From: Octopus vulgaris
Taxonomy: Eukaryota
Length of the DNA stretch: 64,000 nt
Direction of reading: 5' to 3'
NCBI GenBank assembly: GCA_951406725.2
Contig: OX597822.1
Span: 106,268,001-106,332,000 of the forward strand
Position numbers and translations under genes: made by a program. Positions 1 through 12,547 of the stretch are shown here, one piece after another (position 1 is the first letter of the stretch; every line of letters starts with the position of its first letter). The notes beneath the pieces are model-generated. The model worked only from the letters and a program-made list of their open reading frames with translations, did no database searches and was not told where the DNA came from.

Positions 1-13
1 GGCAATTATGGAG

Positions 14-306
14 CCCTAAAATTTACTCAATAATTGCCCACGGGCATATGGCGTGGTGGTTAAGAGCGCGGGCTACTCTCACTTTTTGAACCTGGGTTCT
101 CATTCCTAAGATATTTTTTGATGTTATTATTATTATTATCATCATTATTATTATTAAGGTCACTGCCTGGAATCGAATTCGGAATCTTAACCACTACGTC
201 ATATGACCGTGGGCAATTATGGAGTGAATTTTAGGGCATATGGCGTATTGGTTAAGAGCGCGGGCTACTAACCCCAAGATTCCGAGTTCGATTCCAGGCA
301 GTGACC

Positions 307-405
<99 letters not shown>

Positions 406-570
406 GCAGCAACAACATCGAAAAATATCTTAGGAATGAGAACTCATGTTCGAAATTCCTCCAAGACACCTGCTGAAGGCTGGAGGGTATATCAGCCGAA
501 ACGTTGTGTTAACAACAAACAAGATGAGAACAATTATCCGTCAAATGTAAATACTGTAAATAATGTAAAA
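14..570 (+). mobile_element. tRNA-headed SINE-like element with internal (AAT)n and a PLE-type hammerhead tail; partial inverted copy at ~85-238
   Basis: A box TGGCGTATTGG (241-251), B box GTTCGATTCC (286-295), (AAT)n 309-403, then a tail matching the reverse complement of 45890-46113; 85-238 is a reverse-complement partial copy lying head-to-head. Confidence 0.75.
465..510 (+). ncRNA. minimal type I hammerhead ribozyme (variant core CUGCUGA)
   Basis: gacac-CTGCTGA-a-ggctg(gagggtatat)cagcc-GAAA-c-GTT-gtgtt; stem I gacac/gtgtt; palindromic AACGTT stem III. Confidence 0.65.
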
Positions 571-1538
571 TCTATTAATTGTTACGAACAATAAATCTTG
601 AAATATGCATATATAGCCATTACCTACTTATCCAATCTTCGATCGCATTGTCTACATTGGAGTATTCGTATACGAAACATTGAAAATTTCAGCTCTGAAT
701 TCTATTTAAAAAACCTGTAAAATTAAACTTGAAAATCTATTAATTGTGTGAATTACTTTTAATTATTTCTTGTTAATTAATGGTTTGTATATCCTGTGTT
801 ACGACAGTTTCTACCTTCCTTTATTTCATCATTGAAACTCACATAATTTATGGTTAGATTGGATAAGAGCTGAAGAGATACAGATATATATTAACCATAG
901 TGTAAACATACCAATAGATAAATGAAACTAAATCTTAAACAATACAACTGTGTATAAATTCTATGTAAGAAAATATTTCATCGAACTTCATAGATATAGG
1001 GACATACTTATATGCAAAAAAAAAACGGCATACATGCATATACTCACATATGGCAAATTATAAGCAGAAAAAATAAATAAATACTAACAACTAACAACAA
1101 TGTATTACGCTGTAGATTAACGAAATATCGATGTTTCAGACAATTTGTCTCTTGTATAAATTAAGAAAAGCGGAGAATATGGTAGCATGGTTAAACAATG
1201 CCAGAAGCGAAGTAAATGGAAGTAAGTGATTCCTGACACAACAGAGTGATATTCGGAGAATAAATCTGTATGTATATGTGTGTACACACACACACATGTA
1301 TGTAGGTAGGTATGTAAGTATGTATGTGTATATATACATATATATACATATATATATGCATATATATATATACATATATATATACATATATATATGCATA
1401 TATATACATATACATATACACATATATATATATACATATATATATATACATATATATATATACATACATATACATATATATATACATATATATACATATA
1501 TATATACATATATATATATATAAATACAAATATATATT

Positions 1539-1603
<65 letters not shown>

Positions 1604-1606
<3 letters not shown>

Positions 1607-2733
1607 TTTGATACTTTGATAGGTTTCGGCCATTATTGGCCCAGGCCATGTCTAACTTAATAGCACCACCTGGTGAAGTCTTTCAAGTCAGAATTTGGGC
1701 ACTATGGCCCACTCAAGTAGAGAGTTATTGTTTACAGAGACATATCCGGGTGTAGGGGGTTTATCCGGGATTTCTTGAAGGAATCTGTCCAAAGACTTCT
1801 TGAACCCTATTGGGTCAGTTTCTGTTTTAATGTGTTTTGGTGTAATGTTAAAGGGAGCGGGGCCAATTGAGGTGAAATAATTGTGCCGTATTGTTGTTAT
1901 GAGATGAGAGTGCGATTTTTGTTTTGGGCGGATGGCACGGGGCCCAAGCCTTGGATGTACCTTAAAGGTGATGCCAACATCATTTGGGCAATGCTGATGG
2001 AATATTTTCCACATCATGCAGATGATGTAGCGCTCACGACGACGTTGGAGAGAACAGAGTTTTAGCTTTTCTAGTCGACCCCAATAGTCGAGGCCTGTCA
2101 TGCCATCTATCTTTTTTGTGATTGCCCTTTGAGGTGCTTCAACTTTTATGATACCTTGTATTGTGTGGGGAGACCACAGTGGACAACAGTATTCAAGGTG
2201 GGGTCGGGCAAAAGTGGAGAAGAGAAGGATAATGGTGTGGATATCTCTCGACTGGAAAGTTCTGAGAATCCAGGAACACATTCTGCGGGCCATGTCAACT
2301 TTGGTGTTTATATGAGTGGCCCAGCTTATGTTGTTGTCCACAATTACTCCCAAGTCTCTGATGTTGTTGGACGCCGCGAGAGTTTCACCTGAAGGAAGGG
2401 AGTATGGGAGTTTCAGGGCATCCTCTTTTCCAAAGTGGATTAACTCAAATTTATCCTCGTTCAGCAGCATATTGTTTTTTTCTGCCCATTGGATAACAGC
2501 CAGTAGATCTGACTGAAGGCATGTCCGGTCACTCGCCTCATTTATGACCCTCTGTAGCTTGGAATCATCTGCAAAGATTTTTATGTTGCTGTGCTTGATG
2601 ATGTCATTAAAGTCATTAATGTAAATGATGAAAAGAAGTGGGCCCAGCACAGTGCCTTGCGGAACGCCACTACTGACTTTGGCTGGGCTTGATTTTACCC
2701 CTTCAACTACAACATGTTGAGATCTGTCTGTCA
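1604..2733 (-). mobile_element. 5'-truncated CR1-group LINE (RT C-terminal half plus 3' UTR)
   Basis: Open frame from ~2733 to 1688 with SGVPQGTVLGPLLFIIYINDF, KIFADDSKL, RPHLEYCCPLWSP and LQRRRERY; short tandem TATCAAAG tail; flanked by (TA)n. Confidence 0.92.
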
Positions 2734-2791
2734 TATATATATATACATATATATATATATACATATATATATACATATATATATTTATATA

Positions 2792-3100
2792 TAAGTAATA
2801 CTAAATAATTAGGGTTCAGCAACGATTTGCCTCACCACACACCGAATTTAGAAATAGCAGTCAAAAAGTCTTGGCTATTCCTTCTACTGGGATCTCCCTT
2901 TAAAGTAGAAGGAATAGCCAAGACTTTTTGACTGCTATTTCTAAATTCGGTGTGTGGTGAGGCAAATCGTTGCTGAACCCTAATTATTTATTATTACTTA
3001 AACTTACCATGAATTGGTCTTTTACACGCCGAATTCTACTTGGTGAAATTACTGATTACTTCTTAATTAATTAATTTCACCCTTTGTTATTATTGATAAT
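2792..3100. mobile_element. PLE terminal-repeat relic with fold-back inversion
   Basis: Near-perfect ~95 bp arms 2792-2888 / 2904-3000; same family as 9672-10654 (hammerhead-bearing) and 30740-31095. Confidence 0.65.
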
Positions 3101-3104
3101 GGTA

Positions 3105-3166
<62 letters not shown>

Positions 3167-4521
3167 CATAGATATGCGTATGTATCTCTATGTATAGAGT
3201 ACGTCTGAAAAGCTTAGAAACTTGTTTTACCGTCAATGCGTAGCAACTTAGGTAAGTAATTGTGACTTAACCCTTGTCAGTAAAATATGACCCACGCATT
3301 TGTAGAAATCTTCAGCCATTTTCACGTTCATTTCAGGAGTAGATCAATCCACTTTTTCGAATAATTGAATACTCACATCGAAAATTATGGAGATCCAATA
3401 TTTTTGCATGCATACAAACACACACATGCATTGATCTTCTGTATACCTGTGTGTGTGTGTGTGCATGCATGTGTGTATATATGTATGTGTGTATGTATGT
3501 GTGTATGTATGTGTGCATGTATATACACGACGAGGCTTGTGTGTGTGTGTATGTGTGTGTGTACGCAACAAATGTAGTAGCGTTTATTCATTCATATGCA
3601 GACAAATCCCTCCGTCGCAACTCTGAGTTTCTTGTCACTTTGTTGTGAATTATTCAAGGTATCTGGGAAGAGTTTGGAATTTCCAACGACAAGAAAAGAA
3701 TCTGCTTTATTTCTTTTGCTCAGCTGACGTACAATTGTGAATTCTTAGGAAAAGTTAACCTTATACTTTCGATATTGCCAAGTATGGTTTAGCCTGTTCC
3801 TGCTACACATAGGAGTGTATCCCGTTTGTAATATTACTGAAGTGTTCCGTTGTCAGTTGTGAAAATTGTATGAAGAATACTGTCGTCATTAATGCATTAG
3901 CAACTGCCTGATCGATTCAAACCATCTTACATTCGAAAAAAGTGCCACCTGCTTTCAAATCATCTACTAGAGTCAAGAGGTGGGCTCTAGATACAGACAC
4001 TACAACAAACAGCTTTCGCATAAAATATTCGTCTGTAAATTAACTAAAATATATCTCACCACTGCTCTTGCGTCGGAATATCAACACAGCAAAGTTTGCC
4101 AGCAACCTCTTACTACCTTGAAAACTTGTCATCAAACGGGACAGCTTAATTGTTTTCATCTCTGACAGGTAGACTATGCTAAACGAAAATAATGTTGCAT
4201 TATATACTTGCCATTATTATATATATATATACATTATTATATATATATATATAATGTTGTATATATATACTTGCCATTATTATGTACTTAGAATCGAAAA
4301 TATTTGCTATCGAAGTTAGAAAGCGTTTATTTCCTCTAGTGTTTCATATATTAACATCTGTCGAGGAAACTCTAAGAGAAGAATGTGAGATTCATATGAA
4401 TATTCTACATGGAAACAAATACAGGCATATATATTTTCACTTCCCGAGCGTTATACTAATACATCTGTTTGTTGTCTACTCCACCTTTCTTCGTCTTTTG
4501 TTTTTTTTGCGAATTCTCCCA

Positions 4522-4588
<67 letters not shown>

Positions 4589-4717
4589 TAAAAAGAATTC
4601 CAACCTTGTCTGATTTTCACGTTTTATTTACAATCTTATAATGATATATTATAAGATAATATATTATAATTGAATAAAATAAAATGAAATAGTAGAATGT
4701 TAAATATTCATTCTGAT

Positions 4718-4762
4718 TGAACTAGTACTTTCATGCATTGAATTCTGCAATCTTCGGGTTCA
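4718..4762 (-). ncRNA. minimal hammerhead ribozyme relic (core CCGAAGA)
   Basis: Reverse complement tgaac-CCGAAGA-t-tgca(gaattcaa)tgca-t-GAAA-gtac-TA-gttca; 5 bp stem I; palindromic GTAC loop III. Confidence 0.6.
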
Positions 4763-4799
4763 TGTAGTAGTGTTGACAGTCATGCTTCACAATTTTTGA

Positions 4800-4859
<60 letters not shown>

Positions 4860-4983
4860 TTATCAATATAATGTTAAAGCAGAAAATAAGCACCTCAACA
4901 AAAAAATATTATTATATTAAAGAGAAAAACCTTCTTACAATGTAGTACAACAAAGAATTGAGAATTTTTTAAAGATACTAATA

Positions 4984-6564
4984 CGAGGGTTGGCTGAAAA
5001 ATTCATTGGCTACCAAGATAATCTCATACAATGTCATCAAATGAAGTTTATTTTTCAACATACCCCCCACCCCTGCGATCTACATACTTCTTCCATTGGT
5101 GTTGCAGTGCTTGGATCTCATTGGTGAAGAAGCTTTCATCCTGATTCTCAAAAAGTCATCAACAGCAGATATGACGTCATCCTCACTGCAATAATACTTC
5201 CCAGTCAAGTGCTTTTTTCAAGCTGGGGAACAGGTGATAATCAGATGGGGTCAAATCAGAAGAATAGAGAAGGTGATTAAACAGCTCGAAGTCACATTCA
5301 CTCACAGTAGCCATTGAAACCAAGGACTTGTGTGTTGGCACATTCTCCATATGAAACAAAACACTTCTTTGTCAGTTTTCCTGGACGTTTGGTTTTGATA
5401 GAATTTCGTAACTGCCTCAGCTATTTGATACAGTACTCTCCCATTGATGGTGAGTCCATTTTGAAGATAATCAATAAACACATTGCATCCCAAAAATCCT
5501 GAGGCCATCATCTTTCTTGCAGATGAAATGATCTTGGGTTTCTCTGGAGTAGGTGAGGAGTGCTTCCCACTGCATGGATTGTCTCTGTCTTTGGCTCAAA
5601 GTGACGAAGCCAACATTTATCCTGGATTAGGAAACCAGTTGGATCCATTTCAAACAATGTTAGATTTTCCTGTGATGTGATCAGCCTGTTTCGCTTTTAA
5701 TCAGGTGTCAGAAGACGTGGCACCCACTGAGAAGAAACCTTCGTCATGCTAAGTTCACTGTGAAAAATATTATTCTCAATTTTCTCGCGGGATATGATAA
5801 TAGCATTGGTCATTTGATTGACCGTCAATTAGCTGTCATCTATCACCATGTAGTTGTTCCTTCCCGAGCCTCACCTGGCCCGTAAGGGCCGGTTTCCCGG
5901 TTACCTTGGCGTATAGGTTCCCCACCTGGACGGGACGCCGGTCCGTCGCAGATGAGCTGCAAAATGCAGGAAGAAAGAGTGAGAGAAAGTTGTGACTAAA
6001 GAGTCAGCAGAAGTTCGCCATTGCCTTCTGCTGGAGCCGCGTGGAGCTTAGGTGTTTTCGCTCATAAACACACACATCGCTCAGCCTGAGATTCGAACCC
6101 ATGATCCTTCGACCGCGAGTCCGCTGCTCTAACCACTAGGCCATGTGCCTCCACATCACCATGTAGTGAACACGAACAACGTTTTCTTCGATGGTGGCAG
6201 TTGTAGGACATCCAGACTTTGGGTCATTTTCAAGACTCTCCCTTTCTCTCCCAAATTCAGTTACCCATTTTTGCCCTTTGATCGAGCTGGAGCTTCATCT
6301 CCTAATGTAGAGACCATATCAGCATGAATGTCGTTGTGTGATAAGCCCTTTTTTATGCAGGTACTTGAAGACGCCACGATGCCAAATTTTGTCCATTTTC
6401 AAGAGAAGTTCCCAACAGTTTCTTCTGAAGTCTTCTTTGAACAGTCAGATGCCAGTTACTTGGGGAGAAATAATGCACTTATTAATAAGATTGGAAATTA
6501 ATGATGCATGCAACATTTCACAGCTCTTTCATAATCAGGCTATGAACTTTTCACCCCACCTACG
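4984..6564 (-). mobile_element. degenerate mariner transposon interrupted by a SINE
   Basis: Imperfect TIRs cgagggttggctgaaaaattcat / atgaacttttcaccccacctacg with TA flanks; minus-strand remnants DLTPSDYHLFP and IQALQHQWKKYVDRR..YVEK*. Confidence 0.85.
5855..6154 (-). mobile_element. tRNA(Arg)-like SINE nested in the mariner
   Basis: Head gtggaggcacatggcctagtggttagagcagcggactcg...gggttcgaatc; 13 bp TSD atcaccatgtagt at 5842-5854 and 6155-6167. Confidence 0.88.
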
Positions 6565-7211
6565 TAGAGATGGTATTCCTTCACCATATATAAGAGGGAA
6601 ATACTAATTTACTTTTGGATTTAAAACATACCGATTCACTCTGTGAATAGACAACTCAAACTCTTTGAAGGCGAAATATTTCAGTTAATTAAATTCGCTG
6701 AAGTTCAGAAACATAAAGAAATAGTTCCATGACATCTTAAATCTTGTATTAAACTACATCAGAACTTTTTGCTAGATCTTCGTTCAAGTAGAAAAAAGAA
6801 ACTTGTAGAAACTGGAGAAAATACTTGCTATTAATACGTCACAAACAACGTTGATAATTTTCTATAAAAAAAGTACTAAAAGCACAGATGTTAATACACA
6901 TACACAAAATCGAAACAATCTTATACGGCTGGATCTCATTGAAAATCTGTCTGACTAATTTCCAACAGGCACCTACTATAAGACTAACCAACATGACAAA
7001 TAATGACAGAGAAAATTAATAAATATATTCTGCATGAAACTTATTTCTCATATTAACTTAGTAACACCCTTATGTCTTTGGCAAAATACAAATGAAAGGA
7101 TTTTGCTGGTTTAACGGAATTACTCATGTCAATACTAAAATTTTAGAAATTAGTATTAAAAGAATATGATTCCTCTCCCCTTTTTTCCCACTCTCTCTTT
7201 CTTTCTCTCTT

Positions 7212-7241
7212 TCAATATACATATATACACATATACATCTG

Positions 7242-7272
<31 letters not shown>

Positions 7273-7297
7273 AATTGATATATATATGTATATATAC

Positions 7298-7338
<41 letters not shown>

Positions 7339-7500
7339 TAGATAGATAGATAGATACATACATACATACATACATACATACACACATACATACATACATA
7401 CATACATACATACATACATACATACATACATACATACATACGTACATACATACATACATACATACATACATACATACATACATACATACATACATACATA
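7212..7500. repeat. compound microsatellite (TA)n(GATA)n(CATA)n
   Basis: Direct reading. Confidence 0.95.
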
Positions 7501-7529
7501 GCTATCTATCTCCTTTTCTCTCAAGGTTC

Positions 7530-8340
7530 TGGCCATCTATTTCTATGCCAGCATGGCCTCACTAGATTCAGCTGAAATCAGTGATTTTGTCAGCTTTTTC
7601 TAACTTACCTTAAATCTAAATTTAGAAACTAAGAAGGTCTATACTGCGATAACAATCTACTTTTTATATACTGCTGTCAATAGAAGGGAAAGAAAATTAA
7701 AAGTGTCTACCTGCATCCTTCTTGGGATTCTAATTTTTTATTCTTATGGAGATCAACCTTCACAATAATTCTGTCATGTGGTTCTTAACCGTTCTAATTC
7801 ATCCTACTAGATTTTTCAATAAACCAGATTTTTTAAATTACATACACTTCCTCCCTCTTTAACCAGTTTGAAAACAATCAACAATCTTGTTAGTTGTGTT
7901 AAGAACATCTCAAAAGCTCTTTGCCAACATACAAATTATTAATGAAACTTACTATAACAAAACCGCTAAAGAAAGAAATTACTACATTGAATATACCACT
8001 AATTAGGCGCTGATGATGCTAACAGTAGGAGCAGAAATATATATAACAAAAACAAATATGACGTAGTTCAAACCACTAATCGCCTCAACTGTAGATACAC
8101 CTTCTTTTAACACTTTCACCTACAGCATAGATACAACAGGATTTTTAACAGAAACTCTACAATATTATCTAGCTTCATTACGACATAAAACCTAGCGCTC
8201 ATTACCCTTCAAAAGCTTAACTCTATCAATTATGCTAACAGACACAAACACCAGTTGTGACTAAAATACCGCTATCAGCTGTTCATTTGAGTATAACTGT
8301 CTAGAGAACTAGATAACAATGTTATCTACCAAAATTAGTT
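7530..8340 (+). pseudogene. highly degenerate PLE RT/linker remnant (Naiad-like)
   Basis: Broken-frame motifs SMASLDSAEISDFVSFF (cf. MGSxDGAExxxLVGL), GLYCDN (cf. GLYRDD), FNRNS, CSFEYNCL..NVIYQ. Confidence 0.5.
8010..8043 (+). ncRNA. hammerhead core relic lacking stem I
   Basis: CTGATGA-tgct(aacagtagg)agca-GAAA-tata-TA; flanks do not pair. Confidence 0.35.
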
Positions 8341-8613
8341 TATTGCTAATATTGGAGTTGAGATCATACATGATGCACATATATACTGCAACCTTGAGTT
8401 GACATTAAGAAGATAAAAGATGAACCGGAGAAAACCGAAAGCCATAAAATTATCATCAAATGTTCGTCCCCTTCCATCCAACTTAGGTACAACAGCTACA
8501 CATGTATTTACACTCATACTTCTAGACACTCACTTATACACACATGCACGCACACATATATATATATATATAATATATATAGACATACACATATATACAC
8601 ACATAAATAGACA

Positions 8614-8661
<48 letters not shown>

Positions 8662-8727
8662 GGTCCCGGGTTGATTCGGGGTTAACCACAGTAAGTAAGG
8701 TACTCAATACATAGCAGAGTAAAATTA

Positions 8728-8896
8728 ATTTATTATATAGAAGGAGCTTCTACAGGACTAGTACTGTTTCATTCAAGAAGATTTCTGAAGATTTCTACAG
8801 AGTTCTACAGGACTAGTACTGTTTCATTCAAGAAGATTTCCTGAAGATTTCTCTTGAATGAAACAGTACTAGTCCTGTAGAAGCTCCTTCTATATA

Positions 8897-8901
<5 letters not shown>
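8728..8901. repeat. fold-back inversion plus tandem duplication of a PLE-like end with a hammerhead-like core
   Basis: gcttctacaggactagtactgtttcattcaaga (largely duplicated) is inverted at ~8852-8885; CTGAAGA-t-ttc(tctt)gaa-t-GAAAC..GTC on the + strand. Confidence 0.55.
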
Positions 8902-8955
<54 letters not shown>

Positions 8956-9007
8956 TATGTATATGTATGCATAGACATACATAGATATATACATATATAT
9001 ATATATA

Positions 9008-9615
9008 TTCCTTTCCTTGCACTTCTAGCTACGTCATTTACTGCATCTCCCGCACTTTCTGCCTTTCTCTGGACATCCGTCAAACAGGACGCCACTTGGC
9101 TCACCGGTTCGCGGAACACCTCCAAGACATCAGGCTCGGTTCTGACAACCTGGTCTCGCGCCATTTCCACTCTACCGGTTATTCGCTACAACACCTGTCT
9201 GTGTTCGGATTGTCTTTGCACAGAGGCCATCCCGACACCTGCCTTCACCGTGAACAGGAATTAATCTTCTCTCTTCTCTTCTTTGTTCCACATGTGATCA
9301 ACTCCCCTCCTCTCCTCTCCTCGCTTCCTCTGACACCTACTTGCTCTTTTCACTCCTACCCACCTTCTCTCTTCATTTGGTAAGACCGCGACCTGATCAC
9401 TGACAAAATTCCTTGCCGCAGCAGAGAATTTTGGCAGTGAACAGGTCGAGGTCTTAAAGCGACGAAAATATTTTGGCAAATTAAATTTAAATGTTGAAGC
9501 TAACGGTTTTTGTGTTTCTTAAATGGCTTATAAACACCTTCCACATTGCAATTGTTTTCGTTCCAGCACACGATCTCAGATCAGGTCACTTACTATGCAA
9601 TTACATCTCCGTGAT
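9008..9615 (+). mobile_element. PLE 3' fragment: GIY-YIG endonuclease remnant and 3' region
   Basis: SFPCTSSYVIYCISRTFCLSLDIRQTGRHLAHRFAEHLQDIR...VSRHF...HREQELIFSL matches the PLE pattern CxSxNVIYCIxC..YIGQT.R.L..RF.EH; flanked by (TA)n. Confidence 0.8.
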
Positions 9616-9616
9616 A

Positions 9617-9675
<59 letters not shown>

Positions 9676-9958
9676 ACAATTGAGGGTAAAATTAATTAGT
9701 TATTAATCAATTTTACCAAGTAGTGTTCAGTATGTAAAAGGACCATTTAAGGCGAATTCAAAATATTACATTATATAATTAGGGCTTAGTAAAATAAATT
9801 ACTTTGCCACATACTGAACTTTCTAGAAATAGCAGCCAAAAAGTTTTTAGCCATTTCCACTACTTTAAGAAAAACTTCTCTCAGATAATGTTTACTCAAA
9901 AATAACTCACGAAGATATGGAGGCAAAAACAGTAAAATATCACAAGTACAAAGATCAT

Positions 9959-10021
9959 TTGAGAACGTCAACGTTTCTAGATTAGCCGAAATAAAACTCA
10001 GCATTTCTTTCGTCAGCTCAA
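9959..10021 (-). ncRNA. type I hammerhead ribozyme (copy 1)
   Basis: Reverse complement of 10388-10450. Confidence 0.75.
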
Positions 10022-10387
10022 CATTTCTTAATTTTGGATTTGAAAGCACTAACAAAATGAACATACCCATCCGATAATGTATTACCTCAGACAAACATCT
10101 TCAAACTGCCAGTACTAGCAAATTCAAAATGTACAAGTGAAGATTCATGTTCCTTCCCCTTCCACCCACGTGAGTTATCTAGTAAACATATTTTCGCCTT
10201 AAATGGTCCTTTTACATACTGAACACTACTTGGTAAAATTGATTAATAACTAATTAATTTTACCCTCAATTGTTGATATTATAATTCCCTTCTCTCTGTT
10301 CTTTGCTACGGTGTTTGTCTGAGGTGATACATTATCGGATGGGTATGTTCAGTTTGTTAGTGCTTTCAAATCCAAAATTAAGAAATG

Positions 10388-10450
10388 TTGAGCTGACGAA
10401 AGAAATGCTGAGTTTTATTTCGGCTAATCTAGAAACGTTGACGTTCTCAA
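10388..10450 (+). ncRNA. type I hammerhead ribozyme (copy 2)
   Basis: ttgag-CTGACGA-extended stem II (aga..gctgag/ttcggc..tct)-GAAA-cgt-tg-ac-GTT-ctcaa; stem I ttgag/ctcaa; predicted cleavage after 10445. Confidence 0.78.
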
Positions 10451-10650
10451 ATGATCTTTGTACTTGTGATATTTTACTGTTTTTGCCTCCATATCTTCGT
10501 GAGTTATTTTTGAGTAAACATTATCTGAGAGAAGTTTTTCTTAAAGTAGTGGAAATGGCTAAAAACGTTTTGGCTGCTATTTCTAGAAAGTTCAGTATGT
10601 GGCAAAGTAATTTATTTTACTAAGCCCTAATTATATAATGTAATATTTTG

Positions 10651-10702
<52 letters not shown>

Positions 10703-11471
10703 TCATTATCTTTTTTTAATAATTTTGATATATATTTAAAATAATATAAATCAATTAATCTTATGTATTGGTTTAAGTTTTTCATTGTATGATTTGCCTA
10801 ATAGTGGTTTTATCTCTAATTTAATATAATATAATATTTTACTATAAAATTTGATTCAATCCTAAATCTGATTTTTCCCTGTAAGTTTGGATTTATTCCC
10901 TAATATTTTATTATATATATACATATACATTTAATGTATATAGAGATATCAAATATAGGTATACAAAAAAAGTGTAAACAAAGGACACAGTGGCTAGAAA
11001 GCCATACGCTGGACTATCGAATAGTTCACTAGTTATTGAATATAAAGTTTGCAAACATATAGAGTTAGAATATATAATCAGAAGGTTATATAGTATCTAA
11101 ATGAGGCGTGTATGCCTAATTACGTTACAAAATATGGTCAATTAGAAGCTTAAGAGGTTAAAGAGAGGTAGCAAGTATTCGAAACACATTAATTAACCGG
11201 TTTAGAGTATGAAAATGTGTTTTTAATGTAGTGCGAACATTTCAGCCTGAGTTCACTAAATTTGTTAAGGGTATTAGCTGAGCATTTGAATATTTCCCAT
11301 AATTCAACGCAGCAAAGCCTACATCTATACCAATCATTCGAATAGGTAATGCATATTTTATTACGTTCCAAGTAGTTTGGAATCAATTTTTTTTGTCCTT
11401 CAATTCTCAATTTTTTTTTGCCAGTGATGAAACCTCCGCCATATTACGTTGTTAAAAATATAAGAGTGGCA

Positions 11472-12364
11472 GGGACTTTGTGGTTATCGTCACTGCGTAT
11501 CGAAATCTTCCAAAAAATATATTAATGTATCATATAGATGTCATTTTCGACGCTATATCCGAATTTATTATTCATTTATTCCAGAAAAGTTTTGTGAAAA
11601 TGTTACAGGTGTTCTAAGTTTGATAATTTTCAGAATGTTCAGCCAATCAGAAAACAGCGCCTCTTCCATTATCTGTCACAGTAGCGGGAAAGGAGGGGCG
11701 CTGGCATGTCAAAACATTAACCTAGCTACAGTAAACAGTAAAAAAACATTAAAAGATTCGCGCGCATATTAAATATTTAAAAGATACGAACAAACCAACG
11801 AGAGTTGCTAGAAATAGCAGTCAAAGCATTGCTTAAAACAGACATTTATTAGTGAAAAAACTCAAGAACGAAAGTTTGCAATACACTCTTGGATTTTATA
11901 AAAGAAATTATCTTTCTCATACCTCCTTCTCCACATAAATTCACAAAGATAAGAGTCAACCATGGAACGGTGTGTCCCACACTGGCGTTTGCTTCCACGC
12001 TTTAAAGATGCCCAGGTATTCTAAGTTTATTGATTACACTCAATTTGGTAGTTACACACCTTGTGCGGATGCGCAGTATCTTTGGTTACTATGGAAACAG
12101 AGTTCTTCGCAATCAGCTATGGGATATGCGGTACTTCTTTGCTTAACATGCTAACAGACCTTCATGGTAATTTGTAGAATACTTGCTTCTGATTGGCTAA
12201 AATGCCCAAATTTTGCAAATTTTTAAGGCTAATAACTTTTTAATTATGAATTTATTGGGAAAATGAATTTAATTTTCGTAATTAGCATACAAACTTAATC
12301 CATATACCAAATTTGAAAACAATTAGAACAAAATTATAAATAGTGACGATAACCACAAAGATCC
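11472..12364. mobile_element. non-autonomous TIR DNA transposon (MITE-like)
   Basis: 19 bp perfect IR ctttgtggttatcgtcact (11476-11494) / agtgacgataaccacaaag (12342-12360); subterminal IR agccaatcagaa / ttctgattggct. Confidence 0.65.
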
Positions 12365-12547
12365 GATTGGTTATATAATCTTTGCTTAAATTTTCAAGAA
12401 GTGGAACAGATGTAGGTAAATGTAGGTAGATTAATTGCTACATCACATCTGAAAGTATTTTTAGTATGGTATAAATTATTGAGAGGACATAGAAGTTTGT
12501 TTTTACAATTACATAATTTAGATTTATGGACATCAGTACTTTCTGCG

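Larger units (their letters stand above)
9672..10654. mobile_element. PLE terminal-repeat insertion with double inversion
   Basis: ~9757-10097 is inverted at ~10313-10654 almost identically (the two ORF translations are near-identical); ~9672-9757 is inverted at ~10195-10279; both ends in (TA)n. Confidence 0.8.

Noticed and set aside
235-308. tRNA gene (also the SINE heads at 45441 and 50114)
   Set aside because: A/B boxes are present but there is no proper acceptor stem, and each continues into a repeat body.
1117-1649. YI/IY/CV/TH-rich ORFs here and throughout the window
   Set aside because: Translations of (TA)n, (CA)n and (CATA)n microsatellites; no coding signal.
9786-10623. Duplicated ~100 aa genes
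   Set aside because: Incidental ORFs across the two arms of an inverted non-coding repeat containing the hammerheads.
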